Positions 35,273 through 47,760 of a stretch of 64,000 nucleotides of DNA are shown here, one piece after another; positions within the stretch are counted from its first letter, which is position 1, and each line of letters opens with the position of its first letter. The stretch is from Ramazzottius varieornatus. Taxonomy: Eukaryota > Animalia > Tardigrada. The stretch lies in NCBI GenBank assembly GCA_001949185.1, contig BDGG01000003.1, positions 907,577-971,576 of the forward strand, read 5' to 3'. Both the position numbers and the translations under genes were made by a program. The notes beneath the pieces are model-generated. The model saw only the letters and a program-made list of their open reading frames with translations, was not told the origin of the DNA and made no database searches.

Positions 35273-36397
35273 ATGAAAGGCAGTCTGCTTGACTTTCTAC
35301 AAGGATGGATGCTGATACCTTGGCGCATATTCATCGAAGTTTACACAAACCTTTATCGACCTTCAATTTCCAAGGATGAAGGAGAGCATGTCCCCGACAT
35401 GGATGCATCGGATACCACGGTCGACGAACGCGAGATGCGTCATTGGACCAAATTAGCCGAGACGTGGTGGGATCCCGAAGGCGAATTTGCCCTACTACGC
35501 GGCTTCAACACCACGCGTATTCCCTTCATCATCAAGACATACCAAAGACTTCTTCCAAAACAATCAGCTGACTTTTCTGACTTCGACTATCCCTTGAAGG
35601 GCCTGAAGGTGATCGACGTGGGTTGCGGAGCAGGATTAGTGTCCGAGCCTTTGGTCGAACTCGGTGCGGACGTTACCGCCGTGGACATGGTTCCGGAAAT
35701 CATACAGATTGCCAAAACCCACTGGACGCAGACCCACAAAGGCGCAAGAGGTCCAGAGTACCCCGAATATCTATGCGAGCCTGTGGAAGAATTAGCGAAA
35801 AGTCGTGAGGGGTACTACGACATGGCTCTCTGCCTCGAGGTGGGTTCCCTGATTCAGTTGCGCATATGTGTTCATCTAGCCTCACAATATGTGCGCGATC
35901 TGGGCTGGTGAGCGCTTCGCATCACCAAGTGGCGCACATACGCCATGAATACGTCACAATATGTGCGCCAGTTCAGATGCACATTTGCTGATCCGCGCAA
36001 TTATGGCGAATAGCGAACGAATGCAAACGTAGCATGATTCCTCTCCCCGTTGCAGGTGTTGGACCATGTAGGAAACTTACCGCCGTTTGTGGAGCACTGC
36101 TGTAAGTTTGTGCGAAAAGGTGGATGCGCCATCTTCTCCACGTTCAACAGGACGACAGCTGCTTTACTGCTGGGTATTATTGGCGCAGAACACCTGCTTC
36201 GGATAGTCCCTATGGACACCCATCACTTTCACAAGTTCGTCAAGCCTAGTGAGCTGACGGAGATGATCTCTTCTCATGGATTACGAACTGTTAGTGTTCA
36301 TGGCAGTTTTCCTTTGAACCCATTTGCACGAAGACCCAAGTGGGTCGACATCGGCTACACCGGCGTGACCTATGTCCTAGTAGCTACACGGGACTGA
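35273..36397 (+). CDS. COQ3: Ubiquinone biosynthesis O-methyltransferase
   Basis: TVDERE..LAETWWDPEGEFALL, SAM motif VIDVGCGAGLVSEPL, intron 35840-36055, EVLDHV, STFNRT, AEHLLRIVP..HHFHKFVKPSEL. The true start may lie in upstream exons. Confidence 0.9.
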
Positions 36398-37791
36398 AGC
36401 ACGTTTTACTCTGCACTCTTTACCGGGAGTTTCTTGCTGGATTATTTTAGCTGTGATTTTTTTATGCTCAGTATCAAACTCGGGCCCCCAACAGCGTCCA
36501 GTTCGAAATTTGACGGTTCTGACACTTTCCAAATTTAGTTGTATACCGCAGCACCAGTAACAGACAGCCACAACGATAAAATACTATTTACGACCACAAC
36601 CTCCGCGGTTTTCATGGTGTGAGGTTGCGCGTTCGCGATTGAGAGATCCAGACATGGAGGATTCTCGAGAACCAGCTTTCAGTAGTCAGTACCAACTGGC
36701 CGGTCGTAATGGACACCACCGCGGGACATGCAGCGCCAGTACGCCAAGGTCAGAGAGTCGGGAGGCCAGTCTTTTCCTGCGGAAAGTAGTCGGTGACAGT
36801 GTCGTCTGGTCATGCTGACAACCCTGTTACAAGCGGGAACTGGATTGGGGTACTGGTTGGAACACGAGGAAGCCATCTTGAACATTGTCAAAATAGTCAA
36901 ACCCAACACCACAAAATATGGCAGGAAACTGCTCCCCATGACAGGAAGTGGTAGGTCCGTCACGAAACGACAATGGAATCAAAATACGTTTCTTTCAGAA
37001 CCAGGATCCAGCAACGACCGTTAGGATATTCCACGTTACAATAGTCTTCAGCAGGGCTTTTATGCTCTGGGAAGCAGGTCGTACAATGGGAAACCACAAA
37101 GTCTGCACGACCTCCGCATATGTTTCGTTACGATCGGGAATAAAGCGGCGTGCTGTGTTATTCGACCGAGAAGTTATTTGATGTTATGCAAGGTCTTCGT
37201 GGGTGTTTACGTCAATCGGCTCCGTAAAAGTCCTTCGGCTATTCCACACGTCACTCATCCATCACTCTGCTAATGTGGGATGTGAGGATTATTTAATTCG
37301 GGAGCGAGCTCAACATGCAGTACTGGCGGTTGCAAGAGCATCTACTTTAAATCTGCGACCGGCGCACGCAGCAATTTTCCAGAAAATCACCTATCCTAGA
37401 CTCCTGGAAGGTTTTAATAATAACATATTTTTAATAACATGTTTTTCTCACTGCTAAATTGGTGCTAATCGCGGCAGCCTGTTGGGGAAGAGCAAGACCT
37501 CGCAGCTCGAGGGTTTTTTTCCGAGGCGTTAAACGGCGTGATTTCGTGACATCACGGAGACCAGACGTCATACGCATCCGCCTGTGCTGTAGGAGTTGTG
37601 CCTCTTCCCGTAGGCTCATAGCCCTATACCTGGGGATTCCTCCTACTGATCTGGTCCTACGCACGGTTTAAACACCCAGTCACTGCCACCGCTGAAAACG
37701 AGGTTCAAATCACTTGATTTATTGGGAGGTTCAGCCATTTTGTTTGCAACTGTAATCATCTCATCTCTTTCTTCCAGGATATCTCTTCCTC

Positions 37792-38772
37792 ATGGATCCC
37801 CTAGCGCCACTGGCCGAAAGCATAGTCGGAGAAGAGATGGAAGATGTGCAGGAGAATCAGGAAGTGGACGATTTGTACGAGCGGAGCCCCACTCCGCAGC
37901 CTTTACCTCCTGACATCCCTCAGTACAATTCCGTACATGTCGCTAATCACAAGCCCTTGCCCATCCCTCGATCCTACCTCCCTATGCTTGGCAGACCTGC
38001 GAAGTCCATGAAATCGACCGTTCCGATGAAAGATGGCGAAACCACGACCATGACGACGATATACGTCCCGGAAGGAGGCAGTGTTGCTACTCCGAAAGCA
38101 GCTGTCGATACAGACAAGCCCAAAGGACCACGAGGCGCGCACATCAAGCGCTCCCCACAGGCTGCCATCGCTCTCGCTGTGCATCGCCTAAAAGCCACGG
38201 GAAAGTTCACCAACGAACAGCTCGGAGACATCTTCGATCGAGGACCGAAGTGGGCGTACAAAATTCAGAGGACGACGTCCAGTATGACTGGTATATTTAC
38301 CTTCAATCAAGTACAGTCAATCAATGCGTGCCATGGTCTACACTGTAGTAACTTCGAGTTCACTGATCTATTCAAATCTATTGTGAGCTGTATGCAGGTG
38401 CATGAGATGCTGTGCACTGTACTGTCTTTGTCCGCAGGTGAGCAACTGAACCCGAAGAAGCCCGGAAGGCGGAAGAAGCAAAGTTCGACAATAGACGAAG
38501 CTATCCAGAGGTACGTCAAGGACTTTCAGACAACCAGCGGTGCCACGATCTCGCGATTCCTGAAGGAACATGGCATCGCCAACGTTTCCGGGCATACGAT
38601 TGTCCGCCGGTTGAAAGAGTTGGGCATCGCCCGTATCGAGAAACCTCCTGGACCAAGCGCCGAACGCTACAGACGAACCACTAAATACAGACAGAAACAT
38701 CCCGAAATGTTTCAGCAACAGTATGACAACGGCGCGGGATCTGATAACGAGTACAGTATCGTTGAAACATGA
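37792..38772 (+). CDS. Protein with a bipartite Tc1/paired-like helix-turn-helix DNA-binding domain and no DDE domain
   Basis: Pro-rich disordered N-terminus, HTH1 (FTNEQLGDIFDRGPKWAYKI), linker PGRRKK, HTH2 (TSGATISRFLKEHGIANVSGHTIVRRLKELGI). In-frame 147-nt GT-AG intron at 38291-38437. Confidence 0.7.
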   Translation: MDPLAPLAESIVGEEMEDVQENQEVDDLYERSPTPQPLPPDIPQYNSVHVANHKPLPIPRSYLPMLGRPAKSMKSTVPMKDGETTTMTTIYVPEGGSVATPKAAVDTDKPKGPRGAHIKRSPQAAIALAVHRLKATGKFTNEQLGDIFDRGPKWAYKIQRTTSSMTGIFTFNQVQSINACHGLHCSNFEFTDLFKSIVSCMQVHEMLCTVLSLSAGEQLNPKKPGRRKKQSSTIDEAIQRYVKDFQTTSGATISRFLKEHGIANVSGHTIVRRLKELGIARIEKPPGPSAERYRRTTKYRQKHPEMFQQQYDNGAGSDNEYSIVET

Positions 38773-39142
38773 TCAGGAACTTCATTTGGTAGAAAACAGT
38801 CCCAAAGACCTACTTCGTACTCGCAGTCGTGTTGTTGAACATTTTGGTCCTTTTGAGTTGATTGCCGTACCAAGTCCAAGCTGGTGCGGTTTTGTCGAGT
38901 CGAGCGAGTGGCTCGACGAGCCGATAATAAAAGCGAGGCTCCGCTCTCCATATGTCGCAGTAACATCCTCCCAGTTTAAGTGAATCCGCCGGAAGCGATA
39001 GAATCAGTCAGCTGACCGGCGAGTCACAGCATTAGAAAGTCGGGGGCTTCATGACGTCATTTCATCGTTTAACTTTGCAGGCCATAATTTCCTTCTTACG
39101 TAATACGCGTTCGGTTGATTGTAGAATGTAGAGAAAATCGTA

Positions 39143-39380
39143 CACGCACGACGACATATCACGGGCCAGTATAAATTACGGGCCAGGAGGAAAAGACGGC
39201 AAATTTACAATTCTTATGGAAGCCAGAAACAGAAATCACACAACTGACGTTACATAGTAAAATTCAACCGTAGAAAATTGTCATGGACATGTGGCCATCA
39301 GCTGATCAGATGTTTTACTCTAACGATTCTATGCTGCTGTCGACTTTCTCCCGGAGGCCGGAGAACAGTATTATTTTAAT
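39143..39380. mobile_element. Partial diverged copy of MITE family B (opposite orientation)
   Basis: TA-CACGCACG..CAGGAGGAAAAGACGGCAAATTTACA..TCATGGACA..CCATCAGC matches the reverse complement of about 15660-15841. The right boundary is approximate. Confidence 0.65.
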
Positions 39381-39756
39381 CATTATAATAGGAAATCGAT
39401 TTTAGTAACTAAAATCGTTTTGATTGTGCAGGTCGGTGTTGATCGATTGATCCATAACAGGAAATCGAGTTTTAAATCTAATAATTGAAATTCGTCAGCG
39501 ATAATTGATTTTACTTACAGTCAGCTGATCACGAAGACTCAACATTAGCGCGTGACTTTTAATAATTTTTGACGCCTGGACCTTCCTTAATTACGAAACG
39601 AACACGGAAGTACTTGGGGTCAATGAAGGTAAACTGTCAAGGTAGGCGGATATACACAATTGCGTAAACCATTTGCCCAGCCTTCGCACAGTCCCCAAAC
39701 ACAGACCCCAAGCGGAGGCTGATTGAACTAACCTGAGATTCGCAGCATAGTTTGGG

Positions 39757-40551
39757 TCAAGGAGCCATATCTGGTCGGACGTATAGGTTTGAAACGTCGC
39801 TTCTCCATCTACCTATGGCCCTAATCTGTTCCATGGAGCTTCCGGCTTTAGAAGCCCTCGAGACCGCTCCTATCCGGAAACTATGAGAGGCACAGCCATT
39901 CCCGAGAAAAATTTGTAGCTCGCGATTGGCACGTTGGCGAGTCAGGTAGCATCCATCATGGGAAATGAATAATGGTGTATGTCTTGCTGAAGATCTGACC
40001 AGCATATAAGCGTGAACGGCTCGTACGGGACAAGTATCCGTTTGAGTTTTTGTTATATAAATTGCAGGAGGTGTGGTTTTGCGATGGGTTTTGTCTCGCC
40101 GCAAACATATTTGGACCGAATCGCAGGATATTTGTAAGTCATTCAGGACAAGGTTTGATTTGTCAAAACTTGTCTCCTTCGAGCTAGTATACTCGAACAC
40201 ACGTAACATGCCGTAGAAGGCCATGGTGAAAGCCGTCCAAAGCATCAGTTGGTCGTGTCGAGGAATGAGAGATCCGAATAGGTCAGCTTTGAGCTGTCGT
40301 AAATGTTCTATTGTCAGAGGCTTTCTCTTGTATGTGTCGCGACGGGTTTGGTTGGTTAGACCTTTCAACATCATTGAGAGGTAATGGTCATTTCTACCAG
40401 GATGTTCGAAACCGTGCTCCAGTTGTTCTGAACGCACGCCGGCTACATAAACTGTCGCTGTTTTCCCGCTTAGCCCTTCGCTATCCAACCAGGAAACGAA
40501 CCGTCTGATGGTTTGGTGATCCGTAGGGAGATAACGGAGATGACGGCTCAA
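39757..40551 (-). CDS. Tyrosine recombinase of the DIRS/Ngaro element
   Basis: FYGMLRV.E, DKT, CPV.A, SHSFRIGA, IGRWRS and LYVR motifs. Confidence 0.85.
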   Translation of the reverse strand: MSRHLRYLPTDHQTIRRFVSWLDSEGLSGKTATVYVAGVRSEQLEHGFEHPGRNDHYLSMMLKGLTNQTRRDTYKRKPLTIEHLRQLKADLFGSLIPRHDQLMLWTAFTMAFYGMLRVFEYTSSKETSFDKSNLVLNDLQISCDSVQICLRRDKTHRKTTPPAIYITKTQTDTCPVRAVHAYMLVRSSARHTPLFISHDGCYLTRQRANRELQIFLGNGCASHSFRIGAVSRASKAGSSMEQIRAIGRWRSDVSNLYVRPDMAP

Positions 40552-40759
40552 ACAGGAAGAGCGAAATCACCCAAATCCATTTCGGTAGCCTCTTCTGGTA
40601 GAGGGAGTCAATCGCTTACCGACGAGCTCTCGCGATCTTGCATCGAGTTCGAACGGTTTCCGGGTTCTAGCCTGATCTCCCGCAAAAAATCTAGGATGTT
40701 TCTACCATTATGGGCTCGGTATTGGCCTTGGGATGATTTTCGAAGAACCGCGGGTTGTC

Positions 40760-42398
40760 GAATCTAGACCCAGCATCAGCCAATGTATTATCGACGCCGC
40801 TTATATGCGTTATTCCTAGCGTGAAATTGTTGTTTGCCGCTTCAACATAGGTGCGGCGTATCACCGTCATGATGGCGACATTCGATGACGTACATTTTGC
40901 CCAGATCTAGACCACCGACATATTGGCGGAATGAAATAAGATTCGCTTTGTCTGCCAGTCTGACCCCCAGACACAGCACGAGATTAAAGCTGGCAACAGT
41001 TCCAACAAAGCAATGGATGGTTTGGCTTCAAGTAGCCAGCTTGGCCATCGTAACTGAGACCGTTCTGCGCCGTAAACACCACCGCAACCGATGCTACCTG
41101 ATGCGTCAGTAAATAGATGCATACTTGGAGATGCATACTGCCCGAAGAAACTTGCACGAGCCATCCCACGTCGGAAGAAAATCTATCCACCACTGCCGAT
41201 CTGCTCTGAAGCCATCGTTCAGTTTCAGTTCAGGATGGTCGAGTTGTTTAACCTTATGTGCAAGATTGAGCATCCTTCGGAGGAAGATTCTGCCAGCCGG
41301 GATACATTTGGTTGCGAAGCCCAATTGTCCGCAAATGCTAAGAATTTCCCGTTTAGTAGCTTTCACTCTAGCTTTGTATACCGTGAACAAATCTTGAATT
41401 TCCTTAACTTTACTTTCCGGAATGCTGATAGTCTGAGTTTCAGTATCGAGTTGAATGCCAAGGAAGGTGAGTTTAGTCGTAGGGCCCTCGGTTTTTTCTT
41501 CTGCTATAGGCACACCAAGGTGTGCACATAATGCTCGTATAAAAGTCAACGTATAATGGCAAGCAGGTGACGAACTAGGTGCAGCCCACCAGAAATCATC
41601 GATGTAATGCAAAACGTCGAGCATTCCACCAGTAGTCTTAATTTTCCATTCGAGAATTTTGGAGAGATCATCGAACAAACTAGGTGAAGATCGACACCCA
41701 AACGGCAGTACCGTATCGAAATAATATTTTCCATCCCACATGTAAACAAGCAGACGCCAATCCTCTTTCGCGACTGGTATGAGTCTAAAGGCGCCCTTCA
41801 AATCCGTTTTTGCCATCAAACAGCCCTTTCCAAGTTTAAGACAAATATCAATGGCGTCGTCGACTGAACAGAAGTTAAGGGTATAATCTGTTTTCGAAAT
41901 GTAATCGTTGACTGACTGTCTGAAGGGTCAGGACAAGTCCATAATAAGGCGAACTCCGCCTAGTTTTTTGGGGCGTACACCCATGGAGGAACAAATGAAG
42001 TGGGGAAAAGGCGGATGGTCCAAAGGACCAACGGTGTGCTTTGCAGCAACCTCTTTGGCTACATAATCGCGTACGACCTCAGGGTGTTCTCGAGCAGTTC
42101 GAGCGTTAGGAGTAATTTGAGTAACATCAGGGCCAGTATAACCCAGGCGAAAACCATTGATAAGACCATTGACGAAATAATCAGCAAATTCGGAGTCAGG
42201 ATAATCCTTCAGGGCATGAGCAAACCGTTCTGGTATCAACGGGGTATATGCTTTATCAGGAATTTCAACAGAAGTAAAATGATGAGTGGTAACAGGAACG
42301 GGTGCTAGCGAAGTAGATGGAACACTAAGCGTAGCGATGGGTGAGCTTGGTATGCCCGGTTTTGAGGCATTGCGAACAGGGCATAGTTCTGATAACAT
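40760..42398 (-). pseudogene. Disrupted RT/RNase H ORF of the DIRS/Ngaro element
   Basis: In-frame stop at 41928 after RLIMDLS, a frameshift near 41160, and a further stop at 40907. Confidence 0.85.
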
Positions 42399-44031
42399 GG
42401 TTCAGCGCAGCCACCGGGTTCGGTAAAACGACTGCAAGCCAGGACCACAGCTTTAGGTCGATTACCATCAGAGTTAGAATTATAGCCATCAGATGTCATA
42501 TTAGAAAATCTATTAGAAGATCTATTCACACCTTCTTTCTTGCTGGGGCATGTTGTTGCCATATGGCCCTTCTCGCTGCATATATGGCAGGTAGCGGTGC
42601 GAATCCACTCAGAGTATGAACCTCGAGCAACGGTGCTGATAACTGTGGTGGTAGTAGCGGTTGGCTTGAAATTATTTTTAACGGCCTTAACGATATCACG
42701 GTCCTCGTGGTACCACCCGGTTACATCACAATCTTTTGACGGAAACGTTGGTCATATTCCAACCAAAAGCGCACGTCAGGCTTTCGTGAAGCCAACCCCC
42801 GGATGATGCCACTATAGGCAAGGAAAGGTATAGCCATATCGGGGTAATAGTAGCTCCGATAGAGAGAGAAAGTCAAAAACGCATCTTGCCAGGAGGGCAA
42901 GTCAACGATCACCAAGTGTCCTGTACTAGGGTCACCGGGTTGTTTGCGCTTGGTGTTATCAGGCACATATCTATCAGTAACCAGATCCTGGAAAACCACG
43001 TAGGCTGCTTTTTGTCGAAGCAACTTTTCAACAGTAGGAGTGACTGGGGGGAAGTTGAAATGAGTAGAAGGAGGTGGCTTTTTTCAAACGACACTGTAGA
43101 CAACTGGGGTAGGTGAGGAAGGTATTTGATTGCCGTACTGCGGTAGAGGCGAAGAAGCCCGGGAGACTGAGTACGTTGGGGGGAGCGTACCTGACGATGG
43201 AGTGACTCGTTTGTAGCTTCCAGCCGCTTGACATGACGAAGGATGGCGGCAATCTCTTCTGGTGTCGGGTAAGTGGCGTTGGTAGGCAACCACGATCCCT
43301 TCCATTTCGGCCTGCCTGTTCGCCTTGTAATCGTCCACCGGAAGAATGTCCCATGTGACCCATCAAGACGTCGTGTCCACCAGGTCCAACTTGGCCACCA
43401 ACATACGCGCTCCCTTCGTATTCCGTTCTTCTTTCCTGTCTTCCTGATCTATCCGACACGCGAAGTAATTCCGGACCAGTTCCCTGTCTTTCCAGTCTTC
43501 CAGATCCACTTTCCAGTCTTCTGGTTCATTCTCCAAGCGGCTTGGGCTTCCCTGTCGGTCTTCTCGTCCGGGTGCTGCGAACAGCTCCAAGGCCCGATCC
43601 ACACTGACCGCGCGACGAACGTCTTTCAACGCCGAGCGAAGGCGTTTGGCGAGAGGCACCTCTGGTAACGCGGTAAGAACTTGACTATCATCAGGCCCAG
43701 CTGGATTTTTGGTACCGTAACGGTGTCGTCCACTAGGGCTATCACTGGCTACCGGAGGCATAGCCCCGTGTGGGCTCTGAGGTCGCGAGTTTGCCATCGA
43801 GAAGACTTAAAAAAGCTGAGAAAAAAAAATGTGCTCACTTCGTGAAACAGTGACTGACTCCAGCTGTAAATTTAGACTGTAAGCTACTCAGAATCCACAT
43901 GGCAGCCTAATCAAATGACTATTCTGTAATGAGGGAAATGCCGAAATGGCGTCAACGGCAGTGTAACACCTTTCGCCGTTAACTCTCTTAACTGCATAGT
44001 AAAATAACACTGGCCGGCAAGCACAACACAG

Positions 44032-46705
44032 CAGAGCGTAAAACCGTTCGATAAACCGGAAACCAAATCCACATTTTCCAAAAAACGAAAACGAAAACGA
44101 ACACGAGCAGAAAGCAATCGCGAGTTTTTTAACGGAACTGAACGGAAGATTTCGATGTTCGGAACCGAAACTAAAATACACCGTTCGCACAGAAATTAAC
44201 AGTTTATGATCGTCAAAGATTCACGCTTTAACATCCTTCGGTAAACTATTTTTCGCCGATGTCTTCGGCTTTCCACTATCTTAAACTAAATTCCACTTCA
44301 AGTACAGCGAATCATCTAACTTCTCGCTGCCTAGGGAAGTTGTCTTCTCGGTGGATCCATTTCCAGCATCACTGAACAGTCTTTCGGGGGAACAGCTAGA
44401 GGGGGGAACCGCGAGAACCCGCACAGCCAGCTTGGAAAGCTTCGGAAGAGTAGCTGCATGCTTTTGCCAGAATTCCAGGATCGGTTTGGAGCTTACAGGT
44501 GGCGGCAGGCTTTGATGGAGACTTATCTCGTCAGCGTGATTGACCGCACTGCCAGTGTCGGAGTAACGGCAGAACTGGCTAAACTCGGTGAACAACGAAG
44601 CTGTATCTGTGGTCGCTGCTATTGGCTGTGCAGTTAAGCTGGTTGTTCCGCACATTTTCTGCACGCCATTGATAATCTCACTTTTTTCAGCGATGGGGTA
44701 CATCAGGAGACCTTTCATGGCTGGATTGAGGAACACTGCTGCTTTGTGTAGTTCGTCAACGACCAGTTTAGCGTCACAGACTTAAGCTGTTTCTGCAAAT
44801 ACGGAAGTTCGTCAGTGACTGAGAAACATGTCATATGGTGTCAAAGAAGTTTAATCTTACCTGATATGCCACAAGAGCGCTGTACTGGGGTAAGTCCCGG
44901 AACTCTTCAGAAATTGGCTGACTGACGTACGCCTGGACTTCGATGAAGTAAGGTACGACCAGGTGTATCGTCGGAATGTTCGATGACTCTAGAGCCAACG
45001 TGGCAGTCTTGAAGGGTCACAGCAGCTCAGCCACAGCACGGAGAAAGTCGACAGGTCCCGGAAGTCGGTTTCGTTCGTCTCTTTCTTGCAAGATGTGTTC
45101 GAGTTCTGGGTAGAGCCGGATAATGGAATCCAGCATGCCCAGGTTGGAGTTCCACCGCGTTTCGATCGCCCGACAGACGGCGGCTAAGATAGTCTTGCTT
45201 GCAGTACGTTACCAGCGACTTACAGGACTGAATCAAGGTTGAAATTGAAACTCCTTCATCACTCAGTTTGAATCTGCGAATTTGGCTTCCGGTTAACTGA
45301 GTTTTGTAAGCACGTGTTGTGCATTTGACAAGCACAGCTGACACGTTTAAGAATGGTTCTATTTGGAACTCTGGAGGCAGCAATCATAGTAGCAGCAGCA
45401 TCTGTTATGAACGTAACGTCCGCGCATTCCTCTTCTGAGATGCAAATGTGTGCCAATGCATGATGAACCCGACGAACTTGGTCTTTGTGTAATCTTCCGT
45501 CCATCCATCCAGGCTGATACAGACACCTCTGGTTGTAAGGATCTTTGTCAGCTTTGGAACACTTATCTTCCGTAGAGCTTTAGCTTGGTTGGTCACGCTG
45601 GTGCTAACGGTGGCAGCAGATGTAAGAAGTTCGCGAGCAGGAAAACGAGCTCCTTTATGCTTTCTTGCTATCCCCAACACCGTGTCAATCATCAGCTCGA
45701 ATCCTTCTCCTTCGCACACTTGGAATGCTGGAGAATCCAAAGCACAGAATCTTTGAACAATAGCACACATCAAAAGCCGTCAAACAATAACGTAAGATCA
45801 AATTAGCAAGTTCAATATTACTTTGCAAGAGCTTCCGACATGAGTTATTTTTCTTCTGTCGTTACTCCGACCTTCAGATACTGCTGTATCGAACCTGCGG
45901 CTTTCTCCTCACACTTGGCTGAATGGTGTAATAGTGAGGTTGTTCCAGTCTTAATGCTGAAAGTGTACACTTGACTGCAGTTCTTACAGGCAACGAAGTC
46001 CAGCACCTCGTCCGTATCCACTGTGACTACTCGTAAGAAATCTTCCCACACGGCACTTCTTCCACTCGCATTCTCTTTAGTCGCCAAAAGACTCATCTTT
46101 GATGCCGCGTTGTACCTCGGCTACCGTAAGTCCTCTTAGCTGCAGTGAGGGTGACGCCTTAACTTTCTTCGCAGCTCGCTTTGAATCGCTAGCTCGCTTC
46201 TTCAAGGCTTCGCCGGTCAGATCTATCAGTTCCACTTCACCTTCATCGCCCGAACTCTGTCCCGACCTACAAAACCACTATTATCTTACCGTACTCTAAC
46301 CGAATATGAGCTGCACTTACATAATCCAGCCTGCCAGCGACGTGGTAGATTAAGAGACCAGCGGACTAAATCCAGAACCAAACTAATACAAGAATTAACC
46401 GCAAGTTAGTAAGTCGATTCAGAATACATAGGAGTCTGCGATACAACCCAGCGACTTGCTCAATGAGTTGCGCGATGGTCAGAAATCGTATTTAACTATA
46501 GCTTACGTGCTCTGCTATAGGGCTGTGTTACGTAATTGTTTCGGTTTCTAAGCCAGTCCGATCAGAACGGAACGGGCGGAACGTCATTCTGTCAGAAACC
46601 GAACGGAAAAAAGCGGAAATAATTTCGGGTATTCCAGAACGGAAGCGGACCGAAACTTCGTTAACTGCAGTTCAGTTCCGCTTAACGGACCATTTTTAAG
46701 CTCTG
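44032..46705 (-). mobile_element. hAT DNA transposon, full length but decayed
   Basis: TIRs CAGAGC(G/T)TAAAA, 8-bp target duplication CAACACAG/CAGCACAG (7 of 8), and subterminal AACGG/AACGA repeats. Transposase fragments include a BED finger (VW..F..CKNC..GTTSLLHH), SLDGWT, TRWNS and the dimerisation motif FW..LPKLSKLA..PPSS..ERLFS. Confidence 0.9.
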
Positions 46706-47395
46706 CAGCACAGACTACGTTGCCGACAATTTAGGCAAGTTGCACTGAGAGAAGATGCCGGAAGAGCTTGCCAGACTGCGGTGGGAGTCAGCAGTTTGCG
46801 GCAGTATGGGAAGCTCTTTCGGGTACCAGTCCAAACACTGCGAGCATGTATCAGTCAGAGCGATCAAACGATCGCATACGAGCTCTTTAGAGTAATTAGA
46901 GTGGAACAGCTGATTAGCTACACCCTGCTAGAGCACTGGGCCGCAGGTCCAAAAGTACGCTGTAACTGTGCTGCGCACATTACCAGGGCGCTGTACGCTG
47001 CTCTGTGCTGCACAACTTTCATGCCCTGTGGCCAAGCAGCTGTGCTGCAGATGCACGTTGACCTGGTGCAACTGCGCGGAACGCCGATGTATTGACGTGG
47101 TTCGTAATTCAGTCAGCGAAATCGGTAGTCAACCTGGAGAACGTTGCCCTAAAGTACGGCAAAGCTAAGACGGTTGACGTTCGAATGCCCAAAAACTGTA
47201 AATTTTGTTTGGTTTCGGTAGGTGCATCTGTGCGGTAGTCTATGGCTTTCTGCTGTATGCTGTGCTGTGCCGCACAAATTTCGTCAGTTTACGCGTTGTA
47301 GCTGTTGCTGCAGCACAGCACAGCTGCAGTACAATGCAGCGTATGCGGCCAGATTCCGTGCTCTACACCCTACACAGGCGTTAGGCGTGCTGATA

Positions 47396-47562
47396 CAGTG
47401 TACCAAAAATTAACCGTCGATAAGGGGTGTGACAATTAAACGGAGCTTAATTACCCTGTGACCAATAACGGTTTTGATTCGCCGCATGCGCCAATTTCAT
47501 TGGCCATTTCCATCTGGCTCCTTCTGAAACCCATTTTCGACGGTTAATATTTTGGTAAACAG
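47396..47562. mobile_element. MITE family C (167 bp, TA flanks)
   Basis: TIRs CAGTGTACCAAAAATTAACCGTCGA and TCGACGGTTAATATTTTGGTAAACAG. Confidence 0.75.
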
Positions 47563-47760
47563 TACGTCACGTTCTGAACAGCCAGTCAAAAAGTCATTCA
47601 TAAAAGTCATAAAACCGGGTATACTATTCGGTAACATGCAGTACGGCCGTACGACGCACGAGTAGCTACCTCAATTTGAAATTATTCGTTTTTCGTTTCG
47701 TTCTTCTCCATTTTGTACAGAGTCGTCGACACAACATCAGTCAACGACGTCATCATCAAG

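Larger units (their letters stand above)
39600..43850 (-). mobile_element. Decayed tyrosine-recombinase retrotransposon (DIRS order, Ngaro-like)
   Basis: Order gag (CCHC knuckle CHICSEKGHMATTC), RT (KTDLKGAFRLIP, LPFGCRSSP, YIDD), RNase H (FTDAS, IALLEL) and YR. Contains stops and frameshifts. Boundaries are approximate. Confidence 0.9.

Noticed and set aside
39757-40551. Phage-like integrase suggesting horizontal transfer or contamination
   Set aside because: It lies in gag-RT-RNaseH-YR order and is explained as part of a DIRS-order retrotransposon.
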